Part shown: positions 1-11,976 of the stretch, piece by piece | Numbering within the stretch: the stretch's first letter is position 1 | Layout: every line of letters starts with the position of its first letter | Origin: Azolla caroliniana | Lineage: Eukaryota; Plantae; Polypodiophyta | Assembly: GCA_043228905.1 (NCBI GenBank) | Contig: JBHGNT010000013.1 | Location: forward strand, 5,394,001 to 5,458,000 | Direction: 5' to 3' | DNA length: 64,000 nucleotides | Notes under the pieces: generated by a model | Told to the model about the DNA's origin: nothing | Seen by the model: the letters and a program-made list of their open reading frames with translations, nothing else | Databases searched by the model: none | Program-made: the position numbers and the translations under genes

Positions 1-132
1 GCAATACTCGTATGCGTCCTTCTGTGTAGTCGGTCACCATAGGCCCGCCTGCCATATTTTCCAGGCTGTAACATCGCCCGCGTAATGGCTGCCTGTCGTG
101 CTATAGTGAGCCTCCCGTAAGACTGCTTCTTT
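1..132 (-). mobile_element. Ty3/Gypsy integrase (zinc-binding region) fragment; continues at 5940-6184
   Basis: The minus strand reads KEAVLREAHYSTTGSHYAGDVTAWKIWQAGLW, homologous to the integrase at 41132-40458 (LREAHCGAVGGHYAGDAIARKIWQSGLWWP). Confidence 0.85.
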
Positions 133-189
133 TGTTAGGAAACAGGTCCGTTCGGATGGGAAGTGAGAAGAACAGTGGTGATGAGGAAT

Positions 190-623
190 CCGGATGTGGA
201 GCAACCGGCAACGGAAGACCCGATGAGAACCAGATGACGAGTACCAGGCAACGGAAGACCCGGTGAGAACCGGATGTGGAGTACCCAACAACAGAAGACC
301 AAGTGAGAACCAAATGTGGAGTACCCGGCAACGGAAGACCTGGTGAGAACCGGATGTGCAGTACCCGGCAACGGAAGACCCGGTGAGAAGTAGATGTGGA
401 GTACCCAACAACGGAAGACCCAGTGAGAACTGGATGTGGAGTACCCAGCAACGGAAGACCCGGTGAGAAGCGGATGTGGAGTACCCGCCAACGGAAGACT
501 CGGTGAGAAGCGGATGTGGAGTACCCGGTAACAGAAGACCCGGTGAGAAGCGGATGTGCAGTACCGGCCAACGGAATGCCCAGTGAGAACCGGATGTGGA
601 GTACCCGGCAACAGAAGACCCAG
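190..623 (+). repeat. 39-bp tandem array in LTR U3 (about 11 units; continues at 5387-5450)
   Basis: Contiguous units of CCGGTGAGAACCGGATGTGGAGTACCCGGCAACGGAAGA with point variants and no spacers. Confidence 0.95.
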
Positions 624-2048
624 TGTCGCGAACATACGACAAGGATACGTGAACGTTGAGCCAAGACCCCGGGGCCTTTGACTAGAGGATATCAAATTCG
701 TGTATTTATGTACTAAGAATTAACCGAAATGAGAAAGATTAACAAATTTCATTAACAAGTAGAAAGAAAGATTACAATTAATCCCAAGATTGGGATTACA
801 AAAAGTTTGCTAATTGAGATGGCTAGAGTAATAGATTAGAGGAAATTAAGATATGAATTCTATAGAAAATTAGGGTTTTTGGTTTTGATAAGAGATTATG
901 GTTTTATGAGTTGAATAGCTTCCGTATGGAAATTTAGGGTTATGAGTAAGATATGGCTTCCGTATGGAAATTAGGGTTTACTTGAGAGATATGGCTTCCG
1001 TAAGGAAATTAAGGTTTACTTGAGAGATATGGCTTCCATAAGGAAATTAGGGTTTACTTGAGAGATATGGCTTCGATAAGAAAATTAGGGTTTACTTGAG
1101 AGATATGGCTACGATAAGATAAGAGAGCTCCGAAAGAAAAGGAAAAAAATTAAGATAATATGGAGAGAGTCTGAGTGTAGGAAAAAAAATGGAATATATA
1201 TGGAGTTCTCCCTTGATCATAGCCTTTCCACTTTTTGTTGCATGGCCTCTACTTTTAGTTGCTTAGCTTTTTCTTTTAGTTGCATCTATTTTTAGTTGCA
1301 TGGCTTTTTCGTTTAGTTGGATGTGACCGTCCACATGACCTTTACTTTTTGCATGCACTCCAACTTTAGTTGCTTGTGTCCACATGGCCTTTAATTTAGT
1401 TCTCTTCACTTTACTCTAGTTTGTTGCATGATCCAATCTTCCCTCCCTCCGCGTCCAGCCTCGTCCGGTAGCCGGTTCTGCCCGATCGCCGAATCCCTCG
1501 CCGACCGGTTCCATTTTGCTTGCCGGCCGGTTTCCGGTTTTGCTTAGCGATCAGTTTCCGGTTTGCATACCAGCCGGTTTCCGAATTTGCTTACTGGCTG
1601 GTTTCCGGTTTTAGGGAGTTTGGCCACCATCATCCATCAAGACAAAGTGGCCAAAGTGCTCTTAGCAGAAATGAAAAGTGAGGGAGCTCAAGGTGCTTAT
1701 ATAGCCAGGGCCTTAACTTTCCTATCTATGTGGGATAGTTCTAATTTCACTATCTTCTCAAACTTTATTTTCACTTAACTTGATATGTATTTCTCCATTT
1801 TGTATAGAGTAAAATACGTCTTTAAGCTCTTGAGTATATCCATCTTTCTATAGTAAGCTACTAATCTAATCTATAATAATTATTTCATTATTTTTTTACA
1901 TAGTGTGTGAAGATTCACACGACATTCGCCCCCACCAAACCTGCACATCCACCGGTATGTGCCAATTATGATGAGGCTCCATTTTTGTTTACTTTAATTT
2001 TTCGTTGATGTACTTGAATTGCCATTGCCATTCGATCCACCATATTCT

Positions 2049-3900
2049 TCATTTACTCTTTGCATTTCCATAACCGGTTGTCATGGCTCTCTTTTCTCCT
2101 CTTGAGCATAATGCTTTATGCCTCATGCATGTGCCACCTTCATTTCGACCATCTCCTTGGTCATTTAACTTTCTTTGATCATCCTTTGTTGCTCCATGCA
2201 TGCCTTTCGAAAGCCTTATCGAAATATTGTGGTTGAGTACTCTTAGTGATTCATTATTTAGCGTCATGCTCTCCTCTAGGTGCTTAAGTGACCACACCGC
2301 ATGTTTCCCACTTTGTCCACTTTCTTGGTATTCTCTTGTGTTGGAATTGACCATGACTTCTATGCTAGTATTATCCTTGTTAGATTTTGTGATCACATCT
2401 TTCATATCCGCTTGGCCCACTTGGCCCATATCTTTGCTTTTTGAGGTTTGCTTGGTCTCTTTGTCGCACACATTAGCTTTTGTCTTCGTGCTCTGCTTGA
2501 CCTCTTTGTCGCACGCATGGACTTTCATCATTTTCCTTTGCTTTACTTCCTTGTTGCACACATTGGCTTTCACCCTTGCTTCCTCGCCGCCATCGTCCTT
2601 CTCTTCGGTCTTACATTGGTTAATGTCCAAGTCTCTCAAACGAGTGTGGAGGAATTTTGTAGTTTGGCATTGCCTTTGTCGTGCTACTCTTTGCCACTTC
2701 CACCTTATGGTTGTTCGTGTTGGCGTTGATCTTTGTTTCTTTGCTGCCACCGTCCTTCACTTGGGTCTTACATCGGTTAATGCCCAAGTCTCAAGAACTT
2801 TTGTGGGGAAAGTCTCTTCATGATGGTTGTCTACCCTCTTCGGGTTGATGTCATTCTTCATGGCTATCTCTTTAGACTCATGGGCCTCCTACCCATTAAT
2901 CCTCTTGTTCAAGCAAGCCTCGATTATTCTCCCCTCTTCTTTGCATGTGTTCATTTTGGCCTTCACTTCCTTGCCGCCACCTTCCGTCTCTTGGGTCTCA
3001 CGTTGCCTTTTCGACGCAACTGCCCAAGTCTCTGGAACAAGTGTGGAGAAAGTCTCGAAACGGCCATCCGCCATTGACTCTTCCTTAGCCACCTCTGACT
3101 CGATGTCATTTTTCGTGGCTATCTCCTCAATCACGTTGGCCTCACACTTTTTATCTCCCTTGATTATGCAATCTTTGCTCATGCTTGCACCTTCATCACT
3201 TGATGTTTCAGACATGATGTGTGTTCCAAAACATTTATCCTCGCGTGAAGTTACATTCTCCACCCTTGGTTTCATTCTTTGTCATTCTTTCTTTGCAAGA
3301 TGAGAAGTTCTCTAGTTCCACGTTCGGATCGACCGTAACATTAATCGGCATTTGTTGGGAGGTCTCTTCTTCCTCGATCACCATTCGCCTCAGATTTGTC
3401 TCCATTTTAAGCTTCTTTTTGACCTCATCTTGCACCTTTAATTTCTCTAATGCTTCTCTCATTAAGGCTTCTATGTTGAGTATCGAATCTTCCCTCTTCA
3501 AGCTTTCTTCCTTTGATGGTAGTGTATTGCCACATCCAATTCTCCTTTGAACATCCCGCATGGGTCCGGTTGTTGTTAACGAGAATCTCGTCTTCCTCTC
3601 GTCATGTTGTCGACATACCCTTTCCACTTTCATCCAATCTTTAGTGAGGCCATTTGCACCATCATCATCCTCAAGTCGGATTCCAATGGCATTCCTTTCC
3701 TTCCGATCGATTGACTTCACAAACATTAGGACTTTTTCCACCCCCACCAATCTTTGATCCCGCTCCGAGAGTTGTGCAAAGCGACACTCGAACTCAACGA
3801 AAGCATGCATGGAACTTTGGTGGGTCTTTAATGATGATACCCATTGATCGAACTCGTATAGTTTGCATCTCTTCAACTCTTTGTATCTATATGCCTCCAT
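2049..3900 (-). pseudogene. Gag-like protein with a C-terminal acidic repeat region, frameshifted
   Basis: ORFs 3900-3235, 3275-2889 and 2750-2049. The segment KVLMFVKSIDRKER...GLTKDWMKVERVC resembles the gag at 37502-37858 (LLFIKSVD...GLTTDWAMVKRVC). Confidence 0.7.
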
Positions 3901-3923
3901 GAGATATCCTCCTGCCGCCTCGT

Positions 3924-3941
3924 TTCACGTCGGGTTCACCA
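3924..3941 (-). promoter_or_regulatory. Primer binding site complementary to tRNA-Trp
   Basis: The plus strand reads TTCACGTCGGGTTCACCA, matching the 3' 18 nt of plant cytosolic tRNA-Trp as recalled. It lies 4 nt inside the LTR edge. Confidence 0.85.
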
Positions 3942-5939
3942 AAGATGTCGCGAACATATGACGAGGATACGTGAACGTTGAGGCAAGACCCCAGGGCCTT
4001 TGACTAGAGGATATCAAATTCGTGTATTTATGTACTAAGAATTAACCGAAATGAGAAAGATTAACAAATTTCATTAACAAGTAGAAAGAAAGATTACAAT
4101 TAATCCCAAGATTGGGATTACAAAAAGTTTGCTAATGGAGATGGCTAGAGTAATAGATTAGAGGAAATTAAGATATGAATCCTATAGAAAATTAGGGTTT
4201 TTGGTTTTGATAAGAGATTATGGTTTTATGAGTTGAATAGCTTCCGTATGGAAATTTAGGGTTATGAGTAAGATATGGCTTCCGTAAGGAAATTAGGGTT
4301 TACTTGAGAGATATGGCTTCCGTAAGGAAATTAGGGTTTACTTGAGAGATATGGCTTCGATAAGAAAATTAGGGTTTACTTGAGAGATATGGCTTCGATA
4401 AGATAAGAGAGCTCCGAAAGAAAAGGAAAAAAATTAAGATAATATGGAGAGAGTCTGAGTGTAGGAAAAAAAATGGAATATATATGGAGTTCTCCCTTGA
4501 TCATAGCCTTTCCACTTTTTGTTGCATGGCCTCTACTTTTAGTTGCTTAGCTTTTTCTTTTAGTTGCATCTATTTTTAGGTGCATGGCTTTTTCGTTTAG
4601 TTGCATGTGACCGTCCACATGACCTTTACTTTTTGTATGCACTCTAACTTTAGTTGCTTGCGTCCACATGGCCTTTACTTTAGTTCTCTTCACTTTACTT
4701 TAGTTTGTTGTATAATCCAATCTTCTGTCCGTCCGCATCCAACCTCGTCCGGTAGACGATTCTGCCCGATCGCCGAATCCCTCGCCGGCCTTTTCCATTT
4801 TGCTTGCCGGTTGCGGTTTTGCTTACCGGCCGGATTCCGGTTTTGCTTGTCGACCGGTCCTGGTTCCGGTTTGCTTGCTAGTTACAGTTCCAGTTTTGCT
4901 TGCAGACAGGTTCCGATTCCAGTTTGCTTGCCGGTTCCGATTCGGTTTTGGTTACCGGCCGGTTTCCGGTTCTGGTTTGCTTGCCGATTCCGGTTCCGGT
5001 TTTGAGTACCAGCCTGTTTCCAGTTTGCATACTAGCCGGTTTCCGAATTTGCTTACCGGCCGATTTCCGGTTTTAGGGAATTTGGCCACCATCATCCATC
5101 AAGACAAAATGGCCAAAGGGCTCTTCGCACAAATGAAAAATGAGGGAGCTCAAGGTGCTTATATAGCCAGGGCCTTAACTTTCCTATCTATGTGGGATAG
5201 TTCTAATTTCACTATCTTCTCAAACTTTATTTTCACTTAACTTGATATGTATTTCTCCATTTTGTACAGAGTAAAATACGTCTTGAAGCTCTTCAGTATA
5301 TCCATCTTTCTATAGTAAGCTACTAATCTAATCTATAATAATTATTTCATTATTTTTTCACATAGTGTGTAAAGATTCACACGACACCGGTGAGAACCAG
5401 ATGTGGAGTACCTGGCAACGGAAGACCCGGTGAGAACAGGATGTTGCAGGCCCGGTGAGAACCTCTCACCGGATGAAGGGAGATATATGTAAATATGTTC
5501 TAGAGAGCCCATTGGGGCTATATTTGTAAATAGCCCGAAAGTCATATTAGTATAAATATGACCTAGGGCAAACTTAATAGTTATGATGTAGAGTTGGTTG
5601 TGTGATTATCGTTGTGGCGATAACTTAGTGTGTAACTGTGTATAGAGAGGAGAGAGAGAGAGAAAGAGGTTGTTGCCTCTGTCGTAACCGCCTAGTGGCG
5701 AAGCAAGAGGTCGTTGCCTTTGTGCCCCATTGTTGTAATCTTGATATAGTGATAGTTTTGGAGTCTGTGGACTCCCGTAGTTTTTCCCTTTTAGGGTTTT
5801 CCACGTTAACATCTAGTGCACTCTCTTCTTTACTATTTCGTGTTTAGATACATCTCTCCACATTCCTGTTTTCTGTGATTGATCAGACATCTCGGTTGTG
5901 GCCGAGCATAGTTTAGGGAGGCGTATTCCTGTCATCTTT

Positions 5940-6184
5940 CTCATCCTGACATATCCCGTGTCGTCAAATGCCATCACTTCCTTTTGCATGTGAGAGGCAT
6001 CTATGTGGAATGGCTTCGCCCAAACTGGTGGTTGTATGATGGTTGCCTATGTGAGCATTATCTTAAGCGCCTCATAGGCCTTGTCCTCCGTTGCGATCCA
6101 TTGGAAGGGAGTCTGATGCACGACAGTATGTAACGGCTTGGCTAAGTCCCCCAAGTATCGTATCATCCGACTATGCCATCGTAT
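5940..6184 (-). mobile_element. Gypsy pol fragment (RT thumb joined to integrase by an internal deletion)
   Basis: The minus strand reads IRWHSRMIRYLGDLAKPLH...PPVWAKPFHI and then GICQDEK, which runs into 132-1. The RWHS motif also occurs at ~41870. Confidence 0.75.
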
Positions 6185-6564
6185 TGTCAGGAACTACACG
6201 CTCCCTATGCGCAACACTCGGCCACAACCGAGCTTAGAATCATACACAAAAAAAATGGGGAATGAATGCACGACACAGTGAAGAGAAGAGTACACAGGAT
6301 GTTTACGTGGAAAACCCAAACTAGGGAAGAAGCCACGGCAGCCCACAGGCTGCAAACTATCACTATGTTACAGTGTACAACAGTAAAGCACCGAGGCAAC
6401 AACCTCGAGCTTTCTATCTTCGCCACAGGCGGCAGTTACAACAGAGGCAACGACCTCTTCCTCTCTCTCTCTCTGTACACAGTTACGCGCGTTGATCTTA
6501 TGCAAACCAGAATGACAACAACTACACACACACATCTATATAGTGCACAATAGTTTGCCCTAAG

Positions 6565-9500
6565 TGTTGGGATTACGGTCCCTCCGGATGGGATGGTCGG
6601 ATGTCCGGGAATCGGGAATGAAGACCCCGGCTACGGAGCCGGATGATGAAGACCCGGCTATGGAGCCGGATGATGAAGACCCCGGCTACAGAGCCGGATG
6701 ATGAAGACCCCGGCTACGGAGCCGGATGACGAATGTACCCGGAGAGAGATCCGGATGCGGGGACATATTTGTGAATATGTTTGCCAAGGGCCCTTGAGGC
6801 TATATTTGTAAATAGCCCGAAAGTCATATGTGTATAAATATGACTTAGGGCAAACAGTTTTATGTTGTTGCTCAGTTTTTCTGTTTTCCACTTAGAGGGA
6901 GCTAAGTGAGCAGCCGAGAGAGAGAAGAGAGAGACAGAGAGAGAGAGACGAAGAGGTCGTTGCCTCTGTGTATTACCGCCGCCTGTGGCGAAGACAGTGA
7001 GCTCAAGGTTGTTGCCTTGTAGCTTCACCATTGTACATCTCTGTTTATAGTGATAGTTGGAGTTTGAGGACTCCTGTGGTTTTTTCCCATTTAGGGTTTT
7101 CCACGTAAAACATCCCGTGTACTCTTCTCTCTATTGTCTTCGTGCATTTTGTATTTCCCGTTTTCTGAGAGTTGATCCTATTCCTCGGTTGTGGCCGAGC
7201 ACTGTTTTCAACAAGTGGTATCAGAGCACGGTTAACACAGAAAATGGAAGGCGGCGGTAGTGGGCCTCCGGGCATGATGGTGTTGAACTCACAGAACTAC
7301 GCTGACTGGAAGATAAAGATGGAAGACCTTCTCATCGTCCGAGACCTGTACGAACCGATCGACAATGCCGAGATACCCAAGGGGGTAATAGAGTCGGAGT
7401 GGAAGCTCCTGAACCGGAAAGCCGTAGCGACGATCCGGCAATATGTCGATGTAAGTGTCCTGCAACATGTGGCGAACGATATGAACGCCTATGAGATGTG
7501 GCAGTAGCTGTCCGGACTGTATGAGAGGAAGAATGCTCTGACCCGGACCTCCCTGATGAGGAAGATAGTGAATCTTAAGTACCGGGACGGTGAGAGCATG
7601 GTCGAACACGTCAGCACGTTCATGGGATTTGTGAACCAGCTTGCGGCGATCAAGTTCCCGTTGGATGACGCAATGCAAGCCATCATGCTGATGTGTACCC
7701 TTCCGGAGAGCTGGGAGAACTTGGTAGTTACGCTCAGCACCTCCTGTAAGGAAGAGAACTTGTCTTTACTAACAATAAAGACAAGTATTCTAAATGAAGA
7801 AGCGCGTCGGAGAGATAAAGAACTGGCCTCCGACTCGAAGGCGTTGCTTACCGAATCGGAACGGGGAAGACAACGGAACCGGAGTCCGCAAAGACGGGAG
7901 AAGTCGGGGACACGGTCGCAGTCGAGGGGAAGACCTACATGCTTCTACTGTGGGAAGCCGGGGCACTTCCAGAAGAACTGTCGGCATTTCCGGAAAGACA
8001 ACGGAACCGACGGTACCGATTCGAAGAAGTCACCGGAGCGAAACGGTGCATACCGGGGAGCCACGGACCGGAGAGGTCCGGATCGGCGAGGGCAGGATCG
8101 GAAAGGAACGACGGCACTTGCGGCAAGTGAAGAAGAGATAATGCTCATTACCGAAGAGAGGGAGCTGAACCTTGCCGGTGAAGAGATGACCTGGGTGGTC
8201 GATTCCGGAGCGTCGTTCCACCTGACCCCGGAGAAGAAATACTTCTCATCCTACACAGCCGGTGAGCACGGCTGTGTCCGGATGGGAAATGAAGGTACAT
8301 GTTGGATTGCCGGCATAGGAGACGTGTGGCTGATGACATCAACCGGATGCAAGATGCTGCTGAAGGATGTCCGACACGTTCCGGAGGTTCGATTGAACCT
8401 AATTTCGGTCGGGAGGCTAGACGATGAAGGCTACACGGGTAGCATCCGGAACGGCGTAATGAAGTTCAGCAAGGGGAGCCTGATAGTGGCTCGAGCCCGG
8501 AAAGTCAACACACTGTACCTTATGAATGCCTGGTTGTGTCCGGAGGAGTTGAACGTGGCAGCCGACGCTGCCGGTGAGCTGTGGCACAAGAGACTGTGCC
8601 ACATGAGTGAGAAGGGGATGAAGAGGCTTGCAGAAGACAACCTTATTCCAGTGAAGCATGTGCACCTGGAGAAGTGCACCGATTGCCTGGACAGTAAGCA
8701 GAACCGAACCTCCTTCCACTCAAGGCCACCGACGAGACGTAGCGCACCATTGGAGTTGGTGCACACTGACGTGTGTCAAGTAGAAACGAAGTCACATGGC
8801 GGAGCCCAGTACTTTGGGACATTCATTGATGACCACAGCCGGAAGCTGTGGACGGCACCGTTGAAGACAAAGGACCAAGTGTTGTGCATCTTCAAAGAAC
8901 TCCACGTGAGAGTGGAAAGGGAATCCGACAAGAAGCTGAAAGCGATACGAGCGGATAACTGAGGGGAATACCGGGGGCAGTTCCAGGAGTACTGTCGCTC
9001 GAAGGGAATCCGGCTCGAGTTTACTGTGCCAAAGACGCCGGAACTGAACGGGCTGGCCGAGAGGATGAACCGGACCATAATGGAGAGGGTCCGGAGTATG
9101 CTGGCGCATGCGAAATTACCCAAGGGGTTTTGGGCTGAGGCAATGTTGACGGCGACGTATGTGATAAATAGATCACCCTCAGTACCTTTGGACAGAGACA
9201 CGCCGCAGAAAGTGTGGACCGGTAAGGAAGTGTCCTACCGGCATCTGAAGGTGTTCGGGTGTCTCGCATACGTGCATGTGGCAAAGGACCGGAGAGGAAA
9301 GTTAGATCCAAAGACCCGGCCATGCATATTCCTCGGTTACGGCGACGACGAGTTCGGCTACCGAGTATGGGACCCGGTCGACAAGAAGATATTCAGGAGT
9401 CGAGATATCATCTTCATGGAGGACAAGACACTCGTCGACTGGGAGTCAGAGAAGAAGATGAAGAGCTCCAAGTCGACCGGTGAGGATCAACTCTACGAAG

Positions 9501-11976
9501 AGCAGTCCCGACCGGCAAGGGACCGGTTAGCACTCGAGGATCCGGCCGAAGACGGTGAAGAAACAGAACCGGCCGAGGAAGATGAAACTGATACCGGAAC
9601 CGGCCCCGATCCCGAAATGGATTCGGATGAAGAGGAAACGGAGGAGCCGGTTACCGAAGCTCCGGAACGGAGATATCCTCTAAGAGAGAGAAGGGCCCCC
9701 CGGAGATTTCCGGAACCAGAGCACGTGCTGCTAACCGACGAGGGGGAGCCGGAGAGTTTTGAAGAAGCAAAGCTTGACAACCATAGCCGCAGGTGGTTAA
9801 GTGCCATGCAGGAGGAGATGGATTCCCTGCATGAGAACCACACATATGAACTTGTGGAGTTGCCGAAAGGTAAGCGGGCACTTCGAAACAAGTGAGTGTT
9901 CAAGCTGAAACCGGGAGATGCCGGAAACCCCCCGAGATACAAAGCCAAGATCGTAGTGAAGGGGTTCCAGCAGAAGAAGGGCGTCGACTTCGACGAGATA
10001 TTTGCCCCGGTAGTGAAGATGACCTCCATCCGGACGGTGCTGAGCATAGCGGCAAGCATGGACCTCGAGGTAGAACAGATGGACGTGAAGACGGCATTCC
10101 TTCACGGTGACCTCGAAGAAGAGATCTACATGCAGCAACCGGAAGGATTCGAGAAGAAAGGGAAGGAGCACCTGGTATGCCGGTTGAAGAAGAGCCTTTA
10201 CGGACTGAAGCAGGCTCCCCGGCAATGGTACCGGAAGTTCGACTCCTTCATGACAGACGAAGGGTACCACAAAACGCAGTCCGATCACTGCGTGTTTGTG
10301 AAGAAGTTCGAAGGAGGAGACTTTTTAATACTCCTCCTGTACGTGGACGACATGTTGATCGTCGGACGGGACCAGGGCAAGATATGGATGCTGAAGAAAG
10401 CGCTTCACCGAACCTTCTCAATGAAGGACCTGGGTCCGGCGAGGCAAATACTAGGGATGCACATCATCCGGGACCGGAAGAAGAAGCAGTTGTGGCTGTC
10501 ACAGGAGAAGTACGTGACAAAGGTGCTTCACCGGTTCAACATGTCGGAAGCAAGACCGGTCGGGTCAACCCTCCCGGGAAACTGCAAGTTGTCCAGCAAG
10601 CAAAGCCCCAAGACAAAGGCTGAGAAGGAGGACATGATGAAAGTACCATATGCCTCTGCCGTCGGAAGCTTGATGTACGCAATGGTGTGTACAAGACCGG
10701 ACATAGGATATGCAGTCGGAGTGGTGAGCCGGTACATGAGCAATCCCGACAAAGAACACTGGAACGCGGTCAAGTGGATACTCCGATACCTGAAGGGCAC
10801 GGCAAACGTGTGCCTCCGATTCGGCTCCGGTAAGCCCGAACTCGACGGCTTTACCGATTCGGATATGTCGGCTGATGCAGATACCAGCCGGTCCACATCA
10901 GGGTATGTGATGACGTATGCAGGGGGAGCCGTTTCGTGGCAGTCGAGGCTGCAGAAGACGGTTGCGTTGTCAACCACGGAGGCGGAGTACATGGCGGCTG
11001 TTGAAGCCGGCAAGGAAATAATATGGATGAAGGACTTCATTAGAGAGCTCGGTATCCGGCAGGAGGAGTACCGACTCTACTGCGACAGTTAGAGTGCCAT
11101 CCACCTTGCGAAGAACGCGGCCTATCACTCCCGGACGAAGCACATCCAGCGAAGATATCACTGGATCCGGGAAAGGAGAGAGGACCAGGAGTTCGTGCTG
11201 ACGAAGATCCACACGGACGAGAACGGGTCGGATATGCTGACCAAGGTGCTCACACCCGACAAGCTGGAAGCATGCCGGAAGAGGGTCGGACTGGAAAGAC
11301 ATCCCATGCCGAAGTGAAGGGGGAGTTTGTTGGGATTACGGTCCCTCCGGATGGGATGGTCGGATGTCCGGGAATCAGGAATGAAGACCCCGGCTACGGA
11401 GCCGGATGATGAAGACCCGGCTACGGAGCCGGATGATGAAGACCCCGGCTACGGAGCCGGATGATGAAGACCCCGGCTACGGAGCCGGATGACGAATGTA
11501 CCCGGAGAGAGATCCGGATGCGGGGACATATTTGTGAATATGTTTGCCAAGGGCCCTTGAGGCTATATTTGTAAATAGCCCGAAAGTCATATGTGTATAA
11601 ATATGACTTAGGGCAAACAGTTTTATGTTGTTGCTCATTTTTTCTGTTTTCCACTTAGAGGGAGCTAAGTGAGCAGCCGAGAGAGAGAAGAGAGAGACAG
11701 AGAGAGACAGACGAAGAGGTCGTTGCCTCTGTGTATTACCGCCGCCTGTGGCGAAGACAGTGAGCTCAAGGTTGTTGCCTTGTAGCTTCACCATTGTACA
11801 TCTCTGTTTATAGTGATAGTTGGAGTTTGAGGACTCCCGTGGTTTTTTCCCATTTAGGGTTTTCCACGTAAAACATCCCGTGTACTCTTCTCTCTATTGT
11901 CTTCGTGCATTTTGTATTTCCCGTTTTCTGAGAGTTGATCCTATTCCTCGGTTGTGACCGAGCACTGTTTTCAACA
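6565..11976 (+). mobile_element. Full-length young Ty1/Copia retrotransposon (Tnt1/Tork-like)
   Basis: 649-bp LTRs at 6565-7213 and 11328-11976 with about 7 mismatches by eye. TSD CTAAG, PBS TGGTATCAGAGC (tRNA-iMet) at 7216-7227, PPT GAAGGGGGAG. Confidence 0.98.
7244..11317 (+). pseudogene. Copia gag-pol polyprotein (1357 codons, four in-frame stops)
   Basis: Motifs CFYCGKPGHFQKNC (zinc knuckle), VDSGAS (protease), WHKRLCH and VHTDV (integrase), YVDDML (RT), FTDSD...EAEY (RNase H). Stops at 7505, 8960, 9893 and 11090 are all in one frame. Confidence 0.95.

Larger units (their letters stand above)
624..5386 (-). mobile_element. Non-autonomous Ty3/Gypsy LTR element (gag-like plus acidic repeat region, no pol)
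   Basis: LTRs 624-1924 and 3946-5386, both TGTCG...CGACA. PBS at 3924-3941 and purine-rich tract (minus strand GGTGGGGGCGAA) at 1925-1936. 4-bp TSD CCAG/CCGG. Gag-like ORF at 3900-3235. No RT or INT motifs. Confidence 0.9.
133..5934 (+). mobile_element. Copia-family solo LTR (133-623 + 5387-5934), split by a nested Gypsy element
   Basis: Begins TGTTAGGAAAC and ends TTCCTGTCA, with 5-bp TSD TCTTT at 128-132 and 5935-5939. Homologous to the LTRs at 6185-12400 and 27442-28245. Confidence 0.9.

Noticed and set aside
34-695. Three overlapping ~190-aa minus-strand ORFs and a CRISPR-like appearance
   Set aside because: These are an artefact of a 39-bp (13-codon) tandem array inside an LTR. The units are contiguous with no unique spacers, there are no cas genes, and the context is eukaryotic.
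2200-2823. Hydrophobic 207-aa plus-strand ORF (env-like?)
   Set aside because: It is the antisense shadow of a Lys/Glu-rich minus-strand region, which produces Phe/Leu/Ser-rich text. There is no independent support.
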